From the NCBI GenBank assembly GCA_003599275.1, contig QZJG01000060.1:24854-88853 (forward strand): a stretch of DNA of 64,000 nt. Direction: 5' to 3'. Position 1 is the first letter of the stretch. The number at the start of each line of letters is the position of its first letter. The stretch is from Nitrospiraceae bacterium (lineage in GTDB: Bacteria; Nitrospirota; Thermodesulfovibrionia; UBA6902). Below the pieces are notes generated by a model that did not search any database, had not been told where the DNA came from, and saw only the letters and a program-made list of their open reading frames with translations. Both the position numbers and the translations under genes were made by a program. This document shows, piece after piece, positions 17,525 to 27,726 of this stretch.

Positions 17525-18784
17525 ATGCACGATTTCATTTACAGAAAATCAGAACTTTACGCAGAGGATGTGCCTGTCAGGAAGATAGTGGAAAAAGCGG
17601 GCACGCCCCTGTACATTTACAGTTACAATACACTTGTCAGACATTACAGCGCTTACAAAGAGGCGTTTGACGGCTATCCCAATATTATCTGTTTTGCGCT
17701 TAAGGCGAATTCGAATCCGGCCCTGTTGAAAATCCTTGCCAAAGAAGGCAGCGGCGCGGATGTTGTCTCCGGCGGCGAGCTTTTCTTTGCATTGAAGGCC
17801 GGCATCCCCGCCAAAAATATTGTATATGCAGGAGTAGGAAAAACAGAGCAGGAAATCGAATATGCGCTGAAGTCCCGTATCCTCATGTTCAATATTGAGT
17901 CCTCCGATGAATTAGCGGCAATCGATAAAGTAGCGGGGAGACTGAAGGTAAAAGCGCCGATAGCCCTGAGAGTGAACCCGGACATAAGCGCATCGACCCA
18001 TCCATACATATCAACCGGACTGAAGAAACACAAATTCGGCATTCCGATTAATAAGGCGCTTGAATATTACAGCCTTGCAAACAGCCTTCGCAACGTCGAG
18101 GTCGTGGGTATCCACAAACACATTGGTTCTCAGATAACGAGGACCACCCCCTTTGTCGACGCCTTAAAAAAGGTTCTTGTGCTTGCGGACAGTCTCAAAT
18201 CGAGGGGCATAGAGATAAGATACCTTGACATGGGCGGCGGCCTCGGCATCCCATATAATAATGAAGAAGATCTGCCTAAGCCCGGGGACCTGGCAAAGGC
18301 GATCATGCCGCTCATAAAGCTCCATAACTTCACCCTGATCATCGAGCCCGGCAGGTCGATTGTCGGTAATGCAGGCATACTCGTTACCAAAGTTCTTTAT
18401 CTCAAAAAACATCTCAGGAAGGAGTTCGTCATCGTGGACGCGGGGATGAACGACCTCATAAGGCCGAGCCTGTACGATGCCTATCACCATATACAGCCAG
18501 TAAAAAAGAATGCCCGCCGGATTGTCTATGCCGATGTAGTCGGTCCGATATGCGAGTCGGGTGACTTCTTCGCCAAAGGCAGAAAGATGAACAGCCCCCG
18601 GCATGAGGATTTATTGGCCGTCATGAGCGCCGGCGCATACGGGTTCTCCATGAGCTCCAATTATAACGGAAGGAAGAAGGCAGCGGAGGTGCTGGTGAAG
18701 GGGAAGGAATTTTTTGTGGTCCGTGAAAGGGAAGAATATAAGGACCTGATAAAGGGAACAAGTATACCCGGGTTTTTGAAATGA
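17525..18784 (+). CDS. lysA: Diaminopimelate decarboxylase
   Basis: CFALKANSN, DVVSGGE, HIGSQI, EPGRSIV, VVGPICESGD, GAYG..MSSNYN. Confidence 0.97.
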   Translation: MHDFIYRKSELYAEDVPVRKIVEKAGTPLYIYSYNTLVRHYSAYKEAFDGYPNIICFALKANSNPALLKILAKEGSGADVVSGGELFFALKAGIPAKNIVYAGVGKTEQEIEYALKSRILMFNIESSDELAAIDKVAGRLKVKAPIALRVNPDISASTHPYISTGLKKHKFGIPINKALEYYSLANSLRNVEVVGIHKHIGSQITRTTPFVDALKKVLVLADSLKSRGIEIRYLDMGGGLGIPYNNEEDLPKPGDLAKAIMPLIKLHNFTLIIEPGRSIVGNAGILVTKVLYLKKHLRKEFVIVDAGMNDLIRPSLYDAYHHIQPVKKNARRIVYADVVGPICESGDFFAKGRKMNSPRHEDLLAVMSAGAYGFSMSSNYNGRKKAAEVLVKGKEFFVVREREEYKDLIKGTSIPGFLK

Positions 18785-19671
18785 AACTTCAATTCACAAA
18801 AATGCATTCCCTCGGCAATGATTTTGTGCTTATTGACGACAGGAGCGAAAAATTAGAGCAGCTCCCCCAGCTTGCAATAAAACTCTGTGACCGGAGATTC
18901 GGCATCGGCGCCGACCAGTTGCTGCTGATGCGGCATTCCCTGATAGCGGACTTTAACATGCGGATTTTCAATGCTGACGGCTCCGAGGTCGAGATGTGCG
19001 GCAACGGGATAAGGTGTCTGGGACAGTACATATGGCATGAAATACTGCGGAGCAGGACGACACAAAAAAACAAACTGTTCATTGACACCATTGCGATAGA
19101 GACCCTCGCCGGCATCAAGCACCTGAAAAAAACGGGCAGCCTCATAGAAGTTGACATGGGAGAGCCTGTGCTGGAGGCGGAGAAGATATCGGTTGAAACA
19201 GGGCAAAGGGCAAAGGGTGAAGGGCGAAGGGTAAAGAATGCAGAGCAGGGTGTCATCAATTATCCTTTAAAAATAAATGGCAAGATTTTTAAAATCACCT
19301 GCGTCTCGATGGGCAATCCTCACGCGGTGATCGTTGTCAAGGATGTCATGAAAGTCCCTTTGGAGAATTACGGGCCTGTTATTGAAAACAATAAAATCTT
19401 TCCAAAGAGGACCAATGTCGAATTCATACAGATATTGGACCGTCGCAATATTAAAATGCGGGTATGGGAGAGAGGGGCGGGGGAGACAATGGCCTGCGGC
19501 ACGGGCGCTTCTGCTTCCGCAGTTGCATCCGCCCTGCTCGGTTTGACCGGCAGAAAGGTCACAGTCCATCTTCCGGGCGGCAAACTGCAAATCGACTGGC
19601 CGGCAAAAGACAATCATGTTTTTATGACAGGTGATGCCGTGAAGGTCTTTGACGGAATTATTGAATTGTAA
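18781..19671 (+). CDS. dapF: Diaminopimelate epimerase
   Basis: FTKMHSLGNDF, EMCGNGIRC, SMGNPH, ERGAGETMACGTGA. Confidence 0.96.
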   Translation: MKLQFTKMHSLGNDFVLIDDRSEKLEQLPQLAIKLCDRRFGIGADQLLLMRHSLIADFNMRIFNADGSEVEMCGNGIRCLGQYIWHEILRSRTTQKNKLFIDTIAIETLAGIKHLKKTGSLIEVDMGEPVLEAEKISVETGQRAKGEGRRVKNAEQGVINYPLKINGKIFKITCVSMGNPHAVIVVKDVMKVPLENYGPVIENNKIFPKRTNVEFIQILDRRNIKMRVWERGAGETMACGTGASASAVASALLGLTGRKVTVHLPGGKLQIDWPAKDNHVFMTGDAVKVFDGIIEL

Positions 19672-19689
19672 ATTTCAAATTTAAAATTT

Positions 19690-19869
19690 ATGAAGATTAA
19701 ATGCCCGACCTGTAAAAAATGGACTGAATGGAAGGACAACCCCTTCAGGCCGTTCTGCTCCGAGAGGTGCAAACTTATAGACCTCGGGGCATGGGCATCG
19801 GATGAATATAAGATTGAAGGCAGGCCTGAAGATGAGGCTGGTCCGATGCCTTCGGAAAAGGAGAACTGA
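19690..19869 (+). CDS. yacG: DNA gyrase inhibitor YacG (59 aa zinc-binding protein)
   Basis: Not in the ORF track. Manual translation: [10 protein letters not shown]...[24 protein letters not shown]. Confidence 0.92.
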   Translation: MKIKCPTCKKWTEWKDNPFRPFCSERCKLIDLGAWASDEYKIEGRPEDEAGPMPSEKEN

Positions 19870-19870
19870 A

Positions 19871-20674
19871 ATGCTTAACATGATCGTATCAGGCGCAACG
19901 GGGAGAATGGGAAGCCGTATTATCGCGCTTTCGAGGGAAGTCGAAAAAATAAAATTGTCCGGCGCATTGGAGAGCAAAAACCACAAAGACCTGGGAAAAG
20001 ACATCGGGGAAGTAATCGGCATAGGGACGACCGGCGTCAGGATTGCCGGCGACATCAACAATATCACTGAAAAGTCGGACGTGCTCATTGATTTTTCATC
20101 ACCATCCGCAACGATAGAATGTCTTAAGTCTCTTTCCGGCAAACCCATGCCCGTAGTCATAGGCACAACGGGTTTCAGCAGGGATGAACTGGATTTTGTA
20201 AGCTTGTACGCCCAGAAAGTCCCATGTGTCCTTGCCCCGAACATGAGCGTCGGGGTCAACCTCCTCCTGAAAGTATTAGCGGATATAGCAAAGGTCACAG
20301 GCGACGACTACGACGTTGAGATAGTCGAGGCACATCACAGGATGAAGAAGGACGCCCCATCCGGCACGGCCATGAAAATGGCCCAGGTCATCGCTGCCGC
20401 GCTTGACCGTAATCTGGAAGAGACCGCCGTATATGCAAGGCACGGCCTCATAGGAGAAAGGGGCCGCAAAGAGATAGGCATCCAGACCATCCGGGCAGGC
20501 GATATCGTAGGAGAACACACCGTAATCTTCGGCACACCGGGTGAGAGGATCGAGATAACACACAAGGCCTCCAGCAGGGACACGTTTGCACGAGGCGCGT
20601 TAAAGGCCGCCCAGTGGGTATACAAACAGACCCCGGGACTTTATGACATGCAGGATGTGCTCGGACTGAAGTAA
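19871..20674 (+). CDS. dapB: 4-hydroxy-tetrahydrodipicolinate reductase
   Basis: GATGRMG, VIGTTG, EAHHRMKKDAPSGTA, RAGDIVGEH. Start set at ATG 19871. Confidence 0.96.
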   Translation: MLNMIVSGATGRMGSRIIALSREVEKIKLSGALESKNHKDLGKDIGEVIGIGTTGVRIAGDINNITEKSDVLIDFSSPSATIECLKSLSGKPMPVVIGTTGFSRDELDFVSLYAQKVPCVLAPNMSVGVNLLLKVLADIAKVTGDDYDVEIVEAHHRMKKDAPSGTAMKMAQVIAAALDRNLEETAVYARHGLIGERGRKEIGIQTIRAGDIVGEHTVIFGTPGERIEITHKASSRDTFARGALKAAQWVYKQTPGLYDMQDVLGLK

Positions 20675-20751
20675 AGTCCGGAAAATCTCTCCCGGTCCAT
20701 TCCGGACATTTGACGGCTGCTCATCTCCATTTCGATGCTATAATTTTTATT

Positions 20752-22479
20752 ATGCGCAATCAGGAAGTCGCCAGGATCTTCAACGACATCGCCGACATTC
20801 TCGAAATCAAAGGTGACAATCCCTTCAGGATACGAGCGTACAGGCGTGCTGCGCAAAATGTCGATGGGCTTGCAAAGGACGTCGCGGAAATATCCCCGGA
20901 AGAATTGCAGAAAATCCCCGGCATCGGCGCTGATCTCGCAGGAAAGGTCCATGAGTATGTCGAGACAGGCGGCATGAAATTCTACGATGAATTGAAGAAA
21001 GAAGTGCCTTCAGGCCTTGTTAATATCCTCTCCGTGCCGGGGCTTGGTCCGAAGACTGCCAGGCTTCTCTATGACAAACTTCACATCAAGGATGTGGACG
21101 ACCTTGAAAAATACGCGAAGGAAGGAAAGCTGAAAGGCCTTCCCGGCATTCAGGCAAAGACGGAAGAGAACATCCTCAAGGGGATTGCGATGATCAGGCG
21201 GCACACGGGACGTTTCCCCCTGGGACGCGTACTGCCTGTTGCCGAAGGGATTTTAGAAAAGCTGAAAGAAAAAGCCCCGGTCATCAAACTGAGCATCGCC
21301 GGAAGCCTCAGGCGGTGGAAGGAAACGATACAGGACATCGACATACTTGCAACTTCAAAAGACCCTCATAAAGTGATGGATGTGTTCGTCCATCTGCCAC
21401 AGGTGAAAGATGTGATCATGAAGGGGCCGACGAAATCAAGCATTATCACCACTGAAGGGACACAGGTGGACTTGAGGGTTGTGGAGGAGGCATCGTTCGG
21501 CGCGGCGCTGGCTTATTTCACAGGGAGCAAAGAGCATAACATTCGGCTCCGTGAAATGGCTGTAAAAAAAGGACTGAAGATAAATGAGTACGGCATCTTC
21601 GACGTCAAGACGGACAGGAAGCTTGGCGGAGAGCATGAGGAGGATGTTTATCAAATACTTGGTATGCCGTACATCCCTCCTGAAATCCGTGAGGACACCG
21701 GAGAAATTGAGGCGGCCCTTGAAGGCAATCTGCCGAAGCTTATCGGGATGAAAGACATAAAAGGCGACCTCCATGTGCACACAAAATCCAGTGACGGAAG
21801 CCATGACATACAGGAGCTCATTGAAGCCGCGAAGGCGAGGGGCTACGAATATATTGCGATCACCGACCATTCAAAGGGGCTCGGCGTGGCCGGGGGCTTA
21901 AGCGTCGAGCAGGTCCTTGAGCAGAACAGGAAGATACAGGCGCTGAATAAAAAATTAAGAGGCTTCAAACTCCTTTCCGGCACCGAGATGGATATTAAAA
22001 GTGACGGCTCACCGGACTTTCCCGACGATGTCTTAAAACGGCTCGATATAGTCATCGCCTCCATACATTCCGGTTTCAGGCAGTCGAAAGAACAGATAAC
22101 AAAGAGGATTGTGTCTGCTATGAAAAACCCGTATGTCTCCATTATCGCCCATCCGACCGGAAGGCTTATCGGGGAGCGCGACGCTTATGAAGTTGACCTC
22201 GAAGAGGTCCTGAAGGCGGCAAAAGAGACCGGCACTGCGATAGAGATAAACGCCTATCCGCTGAGACTTGACTTGAGTGACATGTATGTCAGGAAGGCAA
22301 AAGAAATGGGGGTCGCGCTTGCAATCAATACCGATACCCATGTGATTTATCAATTTGATTTTATGACCTACGGCATCGGCACCGCACGAAGGGGCTGGGC
22401 CGGGAAGAAGGATGTCCTGAATACGCTGGGCTATAATGCGTTGATGAAGAGGCTGAAAGGCAAAGCCGGCTTCCCATAA
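20752..22479 (+). CDS. polX: DNA polymerase X family / PHP 3'-5' exonuclease
   Basis: MRNQEVARIF.DIADILE, GSLRRWKET..DIDIL, VDLRVV, YFTGSKEHN, PHP motifs DLHVHT and TDHS. Start set at ATG 20752. Confidence 0.93.
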   Translation: MRNQEVARIFNDIADILEIKGDNPFRIRAYRRAAQNVDGLAKDVAEISPEELQKIPGIGADLAGKVHEYVETGGMKFYDELKKEVPSGLVNILSVPGLGPKTARLLYDKLHIKDVDDLEKYAKEGKLKGLPGIQAKTEENILKGIAMIRRHTGRFPLGRVLPVAEGILEKLKEKAPVIKLSIAGSLRRWKETIQDIDILATSKDPHKVMDVFVHLPQVKDVIMKGPTKSSIITTEGTQVDLRVVEEASFGAALAYFTGSKEHNIRLREMAVKKGLKINEYGIFDVKTDRKLGGEHEEDVYQILGMPYIPPEIREDTGEIEAALEGNLPKLIGMKDIKGDLHVHTKSSDGSHDIQELIEAAKARGYEYIAITDHSKGLGVAGGLSVEQVLEQNRKIQALNKKLRGFKLLSGTEMDIKSDGSPDFPDDVLKRLDIVIASIHSGFRQSKEQITKRIVSAMKNPYVSIIAHPTGRLIGERDAYEVDLEEVLKAAKETGTAIEINAYPLRLDLSDMYVRKAKEMGVALAINTDTHVIYQFDFMTYGIGTARRGWAGKKDVLNTLGYNALMKRLKGKAGFP

Positions 22480-22506
22480 TTTCCCCTAAGAGTTAAAATA
22501 GCCGAT

Positions 22507-23454
22507 ATGTTTCCGGCGATGAATGTGAAAGCTCTCAGACCGTTCCTGATACTCGTCTGTCTCTTCTTCCTGATATCTTTGGGATGCGTAAAGGAAGAGA
22601 AGCCCAAAAAGGTGACCCTCAGACAGAAGACAGTCGGGACCGGAACGGAGATTGAGTACCCCCGGAAAGACACCCTCTGGTTCGGGTTTGACCTCAGGCT
22701 CGGGCCCAAAGAGGACGTCATGATTTATATTCCCTTTTTGAAATACCTTGAGAAGGCCACCGGCATGCGCTTCCGCATAAAGTTTACCGAAAGGTATGAA
22801 GACACCGTCCAGAATCTCGGCAGCGGCGTCACACAGTTTGCGGCCATCGGCGCTCTCAGCTATGCTGCCGGCGAGGCTGAATATGGAATAAGCTACCTGG
22901 TGAGCGGTGTTAATAAAGACGGCAGTCCCACCTATCATTCCGTAATCTTCACAAGGCCTGAGAGCGGCATACGTGATCTGAAAGACCTGAAAGGAAGATG
23001 TTTCGCGTTTGGATCGAGGATGTCGACACAGGGGCACATTATACCAAGGAAGATGCTGGAGGATGAGGGGGTCACACTGAGAGACATGGGGAAGCATATC
23101 TATACCGGATCTCATCTTGATACGTTAAAAGAGGTCCTCAACGGGGAATGCGACGCAGGCGGGATACAGGACACGCTTGCGGAAAGAATGGCTTCAGAAG
23201 GAAAGATAAGGATATTGAAGACGTCGGGCCCTTACCCCGGCAGTCTTATAGCGTACAGCAGCGCAGTGGACGTTAAAACAGTCGAGGCAGTGAAGGCCGC
23301 GCTCCTTGCCCTTGAGCCGATGGGCAAGCACAAGGGAATACTTTTTGACTGGGACAAAACAGAGATGCCCCTGGGTTTTATGGAAGTTGATCAACCTGAG
23401 CTGGACAAGGTGAAAACATTGGCAAGGAACTATGGATTGCTGAAAGGGAATTGA
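22507..23454 (+). CDS. PhnD/SsuA-like periplasmic substrate-binding lipoprotein
   Basis: Signal/lipobox (ISLGC), YHSVIF, DLKGRCFAFG...STQGH..P, GECDAG. No ABC permease follows; a kinase does. Confidence 0.75.
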   Translation: MFPAMNVKALRPFLILVCLFFLISLGCVKEEKPKKVTLRQKTVGTGTEIEYPRKDTLWFGFDLRLGPKEDVMIYIPFLKYLEKATGMRFRIKFTERYEDTVQNLGSGVTQFAAIGALSYAAGEAEYGISYLVSGVNKDGSPTYHSVIFTRPESGIRDLKDLKGRCFAFGSRMSTQGHIIPRKMLEDEGVTLRDMGKHIYTGSHLDTLKEVLNGECDAGGIQDTLAERMASEGKIRILKTSGPYPGSLIAYSSAVDVKTVEAVKAALLALEPMGKHKGILFDWDKTEMPLGFMEVDQPELDKVKTLARNYGLLKGN

Positions 23455-23477
23455 CCTCTGTGGTTTAAATTATTTAT

Positions 23478-24872
23478 ATGAAATTACGGACCAAGATAAC
23501 CCTTCTCACAACTGCAATCGCCGTCAGCGTTGTATTCTTCACCCTCCTTTCCGTCAGGGGGACAATCATCAATGCCTTCAGGGGAGAGCTCGAAAAGAGG
23601 GCGTTCTCGATCGCGGGCAACCTCTCCGACAGGATCGCCAATCATGTTTTGCTGAAAGACTATTTTCAGACAACGAGGGCCGTCAATGAGGTCCTTGCCC
23701 AGGAAAACGATCTGGAATACATTTATGTCACCAACGAGGAAGGCGCAATGGCCGCCCACACTTTTAATGACGGGGTCCCTTCCGGCATTTTGTCCTGGAA
23801 CCCGCTTGCTGACAGGACGATGGGGGTCCAGCTTCTTGATACGGAAAAGGGTCACATCAGGGACGTGGGCGTAAAAATTTTCAACGGCACAAAGTCGGAG
23901 CTCCATCTGGGGATCAGAGAGGACGATCTGAAACAGACCCTTTCAACAATGAGGACCATAACTTTTCCGCTCATAATCGCCGTAACGCTTTTAGGCGTTG
24001 TGGCCTCATTTGTTTTCAGCCGGCTTATTACGGGGCCGCTCGATAAATTCGTGGAGTTTACGAAAGTCCTCGGCAGGGGAGAGTTCGGCAGTCGGGTCGA
24101 TGTCCCTTACGACGGTGAAACGGGTTACCTCGCCCGGAGCTTCAACAGGCTTTCCATGGAGCTCAAGACAGTCAGGGACAAAATGGAGGAGGCGTATACT
24201 TACACTCATCTGCTCCAGGCTGAAAAACTCTCGACCATCGGACAGATTTCAGCCGGTCTCGCACATGAGCTGAAAAACCCCCTGACAACTCTCAAGATGC
24301 TCTTCCAGGCATTCAGGGAGCAGCCCGATATGACGAAGGAAGACGCTGAAATCATCGGCAGAGAGATAGAGAAAATAGACGGCATCATTACGAAGTTTTC
24401 GGGCTTCGTTAAAGAGAAGGAATTCCACGTCTCGGAGATAAATTTAAATGCGATGATGGACAGAGTCATTTCCCTTGCGGCCTTCGATATACGCAATCAC
24501 GGCATAGAAGTCCATATGGACAATATTGAGACCCTTCCGTCAATAAAGGGGGACCGTCCTCTCCTCGAACACGTATTTCTCAATCTTGTCCTTAATGCGG
24601 TCCAGGCGACGCCCGGGGGAGGAGACATCAGGATATCGGGTAAAAAGGATGACAGGTCGGTTGAGGTAATTATAAAGGACAGGGGAACGGGCATTTCGCC
24701 CGACATACGCTCGAAAGTTTTTGAACCGTTTTTTACGACAAAGGAAAACGGGACGGGGCTTGGGCTTTCAATCGCGTATAATATCGTCAAATCCCACGGC
24801 GGCTCAATGTTCTTTCACAGCAACAAAGGAGACGGGACGGTGTTTACCGTGAGATTGCCGAGAGGGGAGTGA
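23478..24872 (+). CDS. Membrane sensor histidine kinase (HAMP-HisKA-HATPase)
   Basis: Two TM segments, HAMP, SAGLAHELKNP, FEPFFTTK..GTGLGL. Confidence 0.92.
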   Translation: MKLRTKITLLTTAIAVSVVFFTLLSVRGTIINAFRGELEKRAFSIAGNLSDRIANHVLLKDYFQTTRAVNEVLAQENDLEYIYVTNEEGAMAAHTFNDGVPSGILSWNPLADRTMGVQLLDTEKGHIRDVGVKIFNGTKSELHLGIREDDLKQTLSTMRTITFPLIIAVTLLGVVASFVFSRLITGPLDKFVEFTKVLGRGEFGSRVDVPYDGETGYLARSFNRLSMELKTVRDKMEEAYTYTHLLQAEKLSTIGQISAGLAHELKNPLTTLKMLFQAFREQPDMTKEDAEIIGREIEKIDGIITKFSGFVKEKEFHVSEINLNAMMDRVISLAAFDIRNHGIEVHMDNIETLPSIKGDRPLLEHVFLNLVLNAVQATPGGGDIRISGKKDDRSVEVIIKDRGTGISPDIRSKVFEPFFTTKENGTGLGLSIAYNIVKSHGGSMFFHSNKGDGTVFTVRLPRGE

Positions 24873-24882
24873 GAGAATTTAA

Positions 24883-26277
24883 ATGGACACTATCCTTGTA
24901 GTCGACGACGAAGCAGGCATACTTCATTCATTTAAAAAAATCCTGGGCAGGTACGATTACGCCGTCATCACGGCCTCAAGCGGTGAGGAGGCTGTGGAAG
25001 CGGTTAAGAAGGAGCGTCCTCAACTCGTCATCATGGACGTTAACATGCCCGGTATGGACGGGCTTGAGACGCTCAGGAAACTGAGGTCTGTCTGTCCTTC
25101 TCTCACTGTGATAATAATGACCGCGTTCAGCACGTCCGAAAAGGCCATCACTGCCATGAAGTCCGGCGCGTATGATTACATAACAAAGCCGGTAGACAAC
25201 GCGCAATTAATTTCACTTGTCGAAAAAGCTATTGCAGCAGGGAAAATGAATATGCCGGTCAGCTTTGAAGGAGAAGCGGAAGAAGGCGACATGATTATCG
25301 GCAGAAGCGCGGTCATGATCGAGATATTCAAGAAGATCGGGCAGATTGCGGAAAGCGATGTCACAGTGCTTTTAAGGGGAGAAACAGGAACTGGAAAAGA
25401 GCTGGTAGCGCGGGCGGTTTACCAGCACAGCAAAAGACTGAACAGCCCCTTTCTGCCGGTCAATTGCGCCGCCATTCCGGAAGACCTTCTTGAGAGTGAG
25501 CTCTTCGGACATGAACGAGGCGCGTTTACAGGTGCCGATACAAGAAAGATGGGCAAATTTGAACAGTGCGACGGCGGCACAATGTTCCTCGATGAGATCG
25601 GTGATATGCCGCTTTCTCTTCAGGCAAAGATGCTCAGGGTGCTTCAGGACGGGTTTGTCCGGCGGCTTGGCGGAAGCGAATTGATAAAGACCGATGTCAG
25701 GACCATCGCCGCCACCAACAGAGACATCGAGGCATTGATGAAAGCCGGCAAGTTCAGGGAGGACCTTTACTGGCGTTTGAATGTGGTAAACATTAACGTC
25801 CCCCCGCTGAGGGAAAGGAAAGCCGATCTTGAAGATCTGGTCCTGTATTTTATCAGGAAGTTCAACAGGGAATTCGGCAAAGGAGTTACGGGTATCTCAC
25901 CTGAAATACTTGACGTATTCAATAAATATGACTGGCCCGGGAACGTGAGAGAGATGAAAAACGTCATTCAGAGGGGGATGGTCTTATGTCCTGGAAATTA
26001 CCTTTCAGCAAAAGACTGCGAATGGCTGCCACAGGCAAAATTCTCCGGTCAGGCTGCCGATATTGAAAGGGCGCTTTCCGGCGCGGCGGATGAAATCATG
26101 CGAAGAGGCGGAGCGGATGTGTACAGAGAAGCGGTCTCCGGGTTCGAGCGTATCCTGGTCAGGAAGGCCCTTGAGCTTTCAAACAACAATCAGGTCCTTG
26201 CAGCAAGGCTTCTGGGCATATCAAGAAATACCCTTCGGGAAAAAAATGGCCCGGATAAAAAGGACCGGGAAACCTGA
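24883..26277 (+). CDS. Sigma54-dependent response regulator (REC-AAA+-HTH)
   Basis: REC domain, [33 protein letters not shown]. Confidence 0.93.
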   Translation: MDTILVVDDEAGILHSFKKILGRYDYAVITASSGEEAVEAVKKERPQLVIMDVNMPGMDGLETLRKLRSVCPSLTVIIMTAFSTSEKAITAMKSGAYDYITKPVDNAQLISLVEKAIAAGKMNMPVSFEGEAEEGDMIIGRSAVMIEIFKKIGQIAESDVTVLLRGETGTGKELVARAVYQHSKRLNSPFLPVNCAAIPEDLLESELFGHERGAFTGADTRKMGKFEQCDGGTMFLDEIGDMPLSLQAKMLRVLQDGFVRRLGGSELIKTDVRTIAATNRDIEALMKAGKFREDLYWRLNVVNINVPPLRERKADLEDLVLYFIRKFNREFGKGVTGISPEILDVFNKYDWPGNVREMKNVIQRGMVLCPGNYLSAKDCEWLPQAKFSGQAADIERALSGAADEIMRRGGADVYREAVSGFERILVRKALELSNNNQVLAARLLGISRNTLREKNGPDKKDRET

Positions 26278-26295
26278 AAGAAGACGATCGGCCCT

Positions 26296-27714
26296 TCATT
26301 CCTGCGCGTCCTCTTTGCGTTTTATGCGTTTGTTCAGTGCCTGACGAGTGATGCCGAGGAGGGACGCAGCTATTCCCTGGTTGCCTTGCGCGCGTTTCAG
26401 CGCCTCGGATATTAAAATATCTTCAGCCTCTCCGAGGGTAGGCAGCCGTCCGTTGTTTTTGAAGAGGGAAAGATTCCCGTCAGCCTGCGCTGTAACGACG
26501 GTCCTTACGGTCAGGTTCTTATGCTTCATGAACTGCCTGAAACCGTTCAGCGAAAGCATTCCGGATTCATGCTGCGCAACAGCGTCAAAGACCATTGCCT
26601 GCAATTCACGCACGTTCCCCGGGAAGGAATAGCTTGTGAGCATGGTCAGCAGCTCTTTGGGACAAGAGGGTCTTTTCTTTCCCAGAGAATTTGAGGCAAG
26701 CTCAAGAAAGTGCTCAAGCAGCAGCGGGACGTCCTCCGGACGCTCGCGCAGCGGCGGTATATATATCGAATGGGCGCAGAGGCGATAATAAAGGTCCCTG
26801 CGGAAATTCCCGGCTGCGATCTGATTTTCGATGTCTCTGTTGGTGGCGGCAATAATGCGGACGTCGCTCCTTTCCGCTGTATCGGAACCCAGCGGATAAT
26901 ACTTCTGTTCCTCGATAAGACGCAGGAGCTTAAGCTGGGAAGACTCGTTGAGGTCGCCGAATTCATCGAGGAGCAGGACCCCTCCCGCTGCCTTTGCGAC
27001 CAGACCTTTCCTGGACTGGTCGGCCCCGGTAAACGCGCCTTTTTTATGCCCGAACAGCGTGTCGGAAAACATTGTGTCGTCAAGTCCCGCGACGTTTACA
27101 GCCACAAAGTCACCTTTGAGCCCGCTGACCGTATGTATGATCCCGGCAAGCAGCTCCTTGCCCACTCCTGTCTCGCCGCAAATACACACGGGTCTTTTCA
27201 ATTCAGCAATTGCCTCGACATACCGGAAGACAGCGTGTATTTTTTTACTGTTGGAAATATAAGGGGAAAAGGCTTCCCTGTTTTTCAGGGAATCGCTGAG
27301 CAGGTGTTTTTTTAAAGAAGTTATCTCGTCCCGCAGCGCCCTGACCTCCAGCGCCTTCTGGACACTCGATACAAATCTGCTCTTCTCGACCGGTTTGACA
27401 AGATAATCGAACGCCCCCCCCTTCATGCAGTCTATGGCCATTTCAAGCTCATTCGTCGCAGTCATTACAATTACGGGGATTTGCGGATAGTCGTGGGTGA
27501 TCTTAACAAGCAGTTCGGTCCCGGAAACATACGGCATTACCAGGTCCAGTACAACTGCCGAGATATCCTGTTTGTCCAAATGATTAAACACCTGACGGCT
27601 GTCGTTGACGGTCAGAACGTCATCGATCCCCGAAGTCCTCAGTATGAGACTGTAGCTCAGCAGGATTTGGTCTTCATCGTCTACTAAAAGAACGGGGCGT
27701 TTGCTGTTGCTCAT
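26296..27714 (-). CDS. Sigma54-dependent response regulator (REC-AAA+-HTH)
   Basis: GETGVGKE, HKKGAFTGA, FPGNVREL, LGITRQALNKR. Confidence 0.93.
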   Translation of the reverse strand: MSNSKRPVLLVDDEDQILLSYSLILRTSGIDDVLTVNDSRQVFNHLDKQDISAVVLDLVMPYVSGTELLVKITHDYPQIPVIVMTATNELEMAIDCMKGGAFDYLVKPVEKSRFVSSVQKALEVRALRDEITSLKKHLLSDSLKNREAFSPYISNSKKIHAVFRYVEAIAELKRPVCICGETGVGKELLAGIIHTVSGLKGDFVAVNVAGLDDTMFSDTLFGHKKGAFTGADQSRKGLVAKAAGGVLLLDEFGDLNESSQLKLLRLIEEQKYYPLGSDTAERSDVRIIAATNRDIENQIAAGNFRRDLYYRLCAHSIYIPPLRERPEDVPLLLEHFLELASNSLGKKRPSCPKELLTMLTSYSFPGNVRELQAMVFDAVAQHESGMLSLNGFRQFMKHKNLTVRTVVTAQADGNLSLFKNNGRLPTLGEAEDILISEALKRAQGNQGIAASLLGITRQALNKRIKRKEDAQE

Positions 27715-27726
27715 TTAAGACCCCTC

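Noticed and set aside
20752-22479. PolX-PHP as a degenerate or defence-related polymerase
   Set aside because: The catalytic DxD...D and PHP metal motifs appear intact; it is an ordinary repair enzyme.
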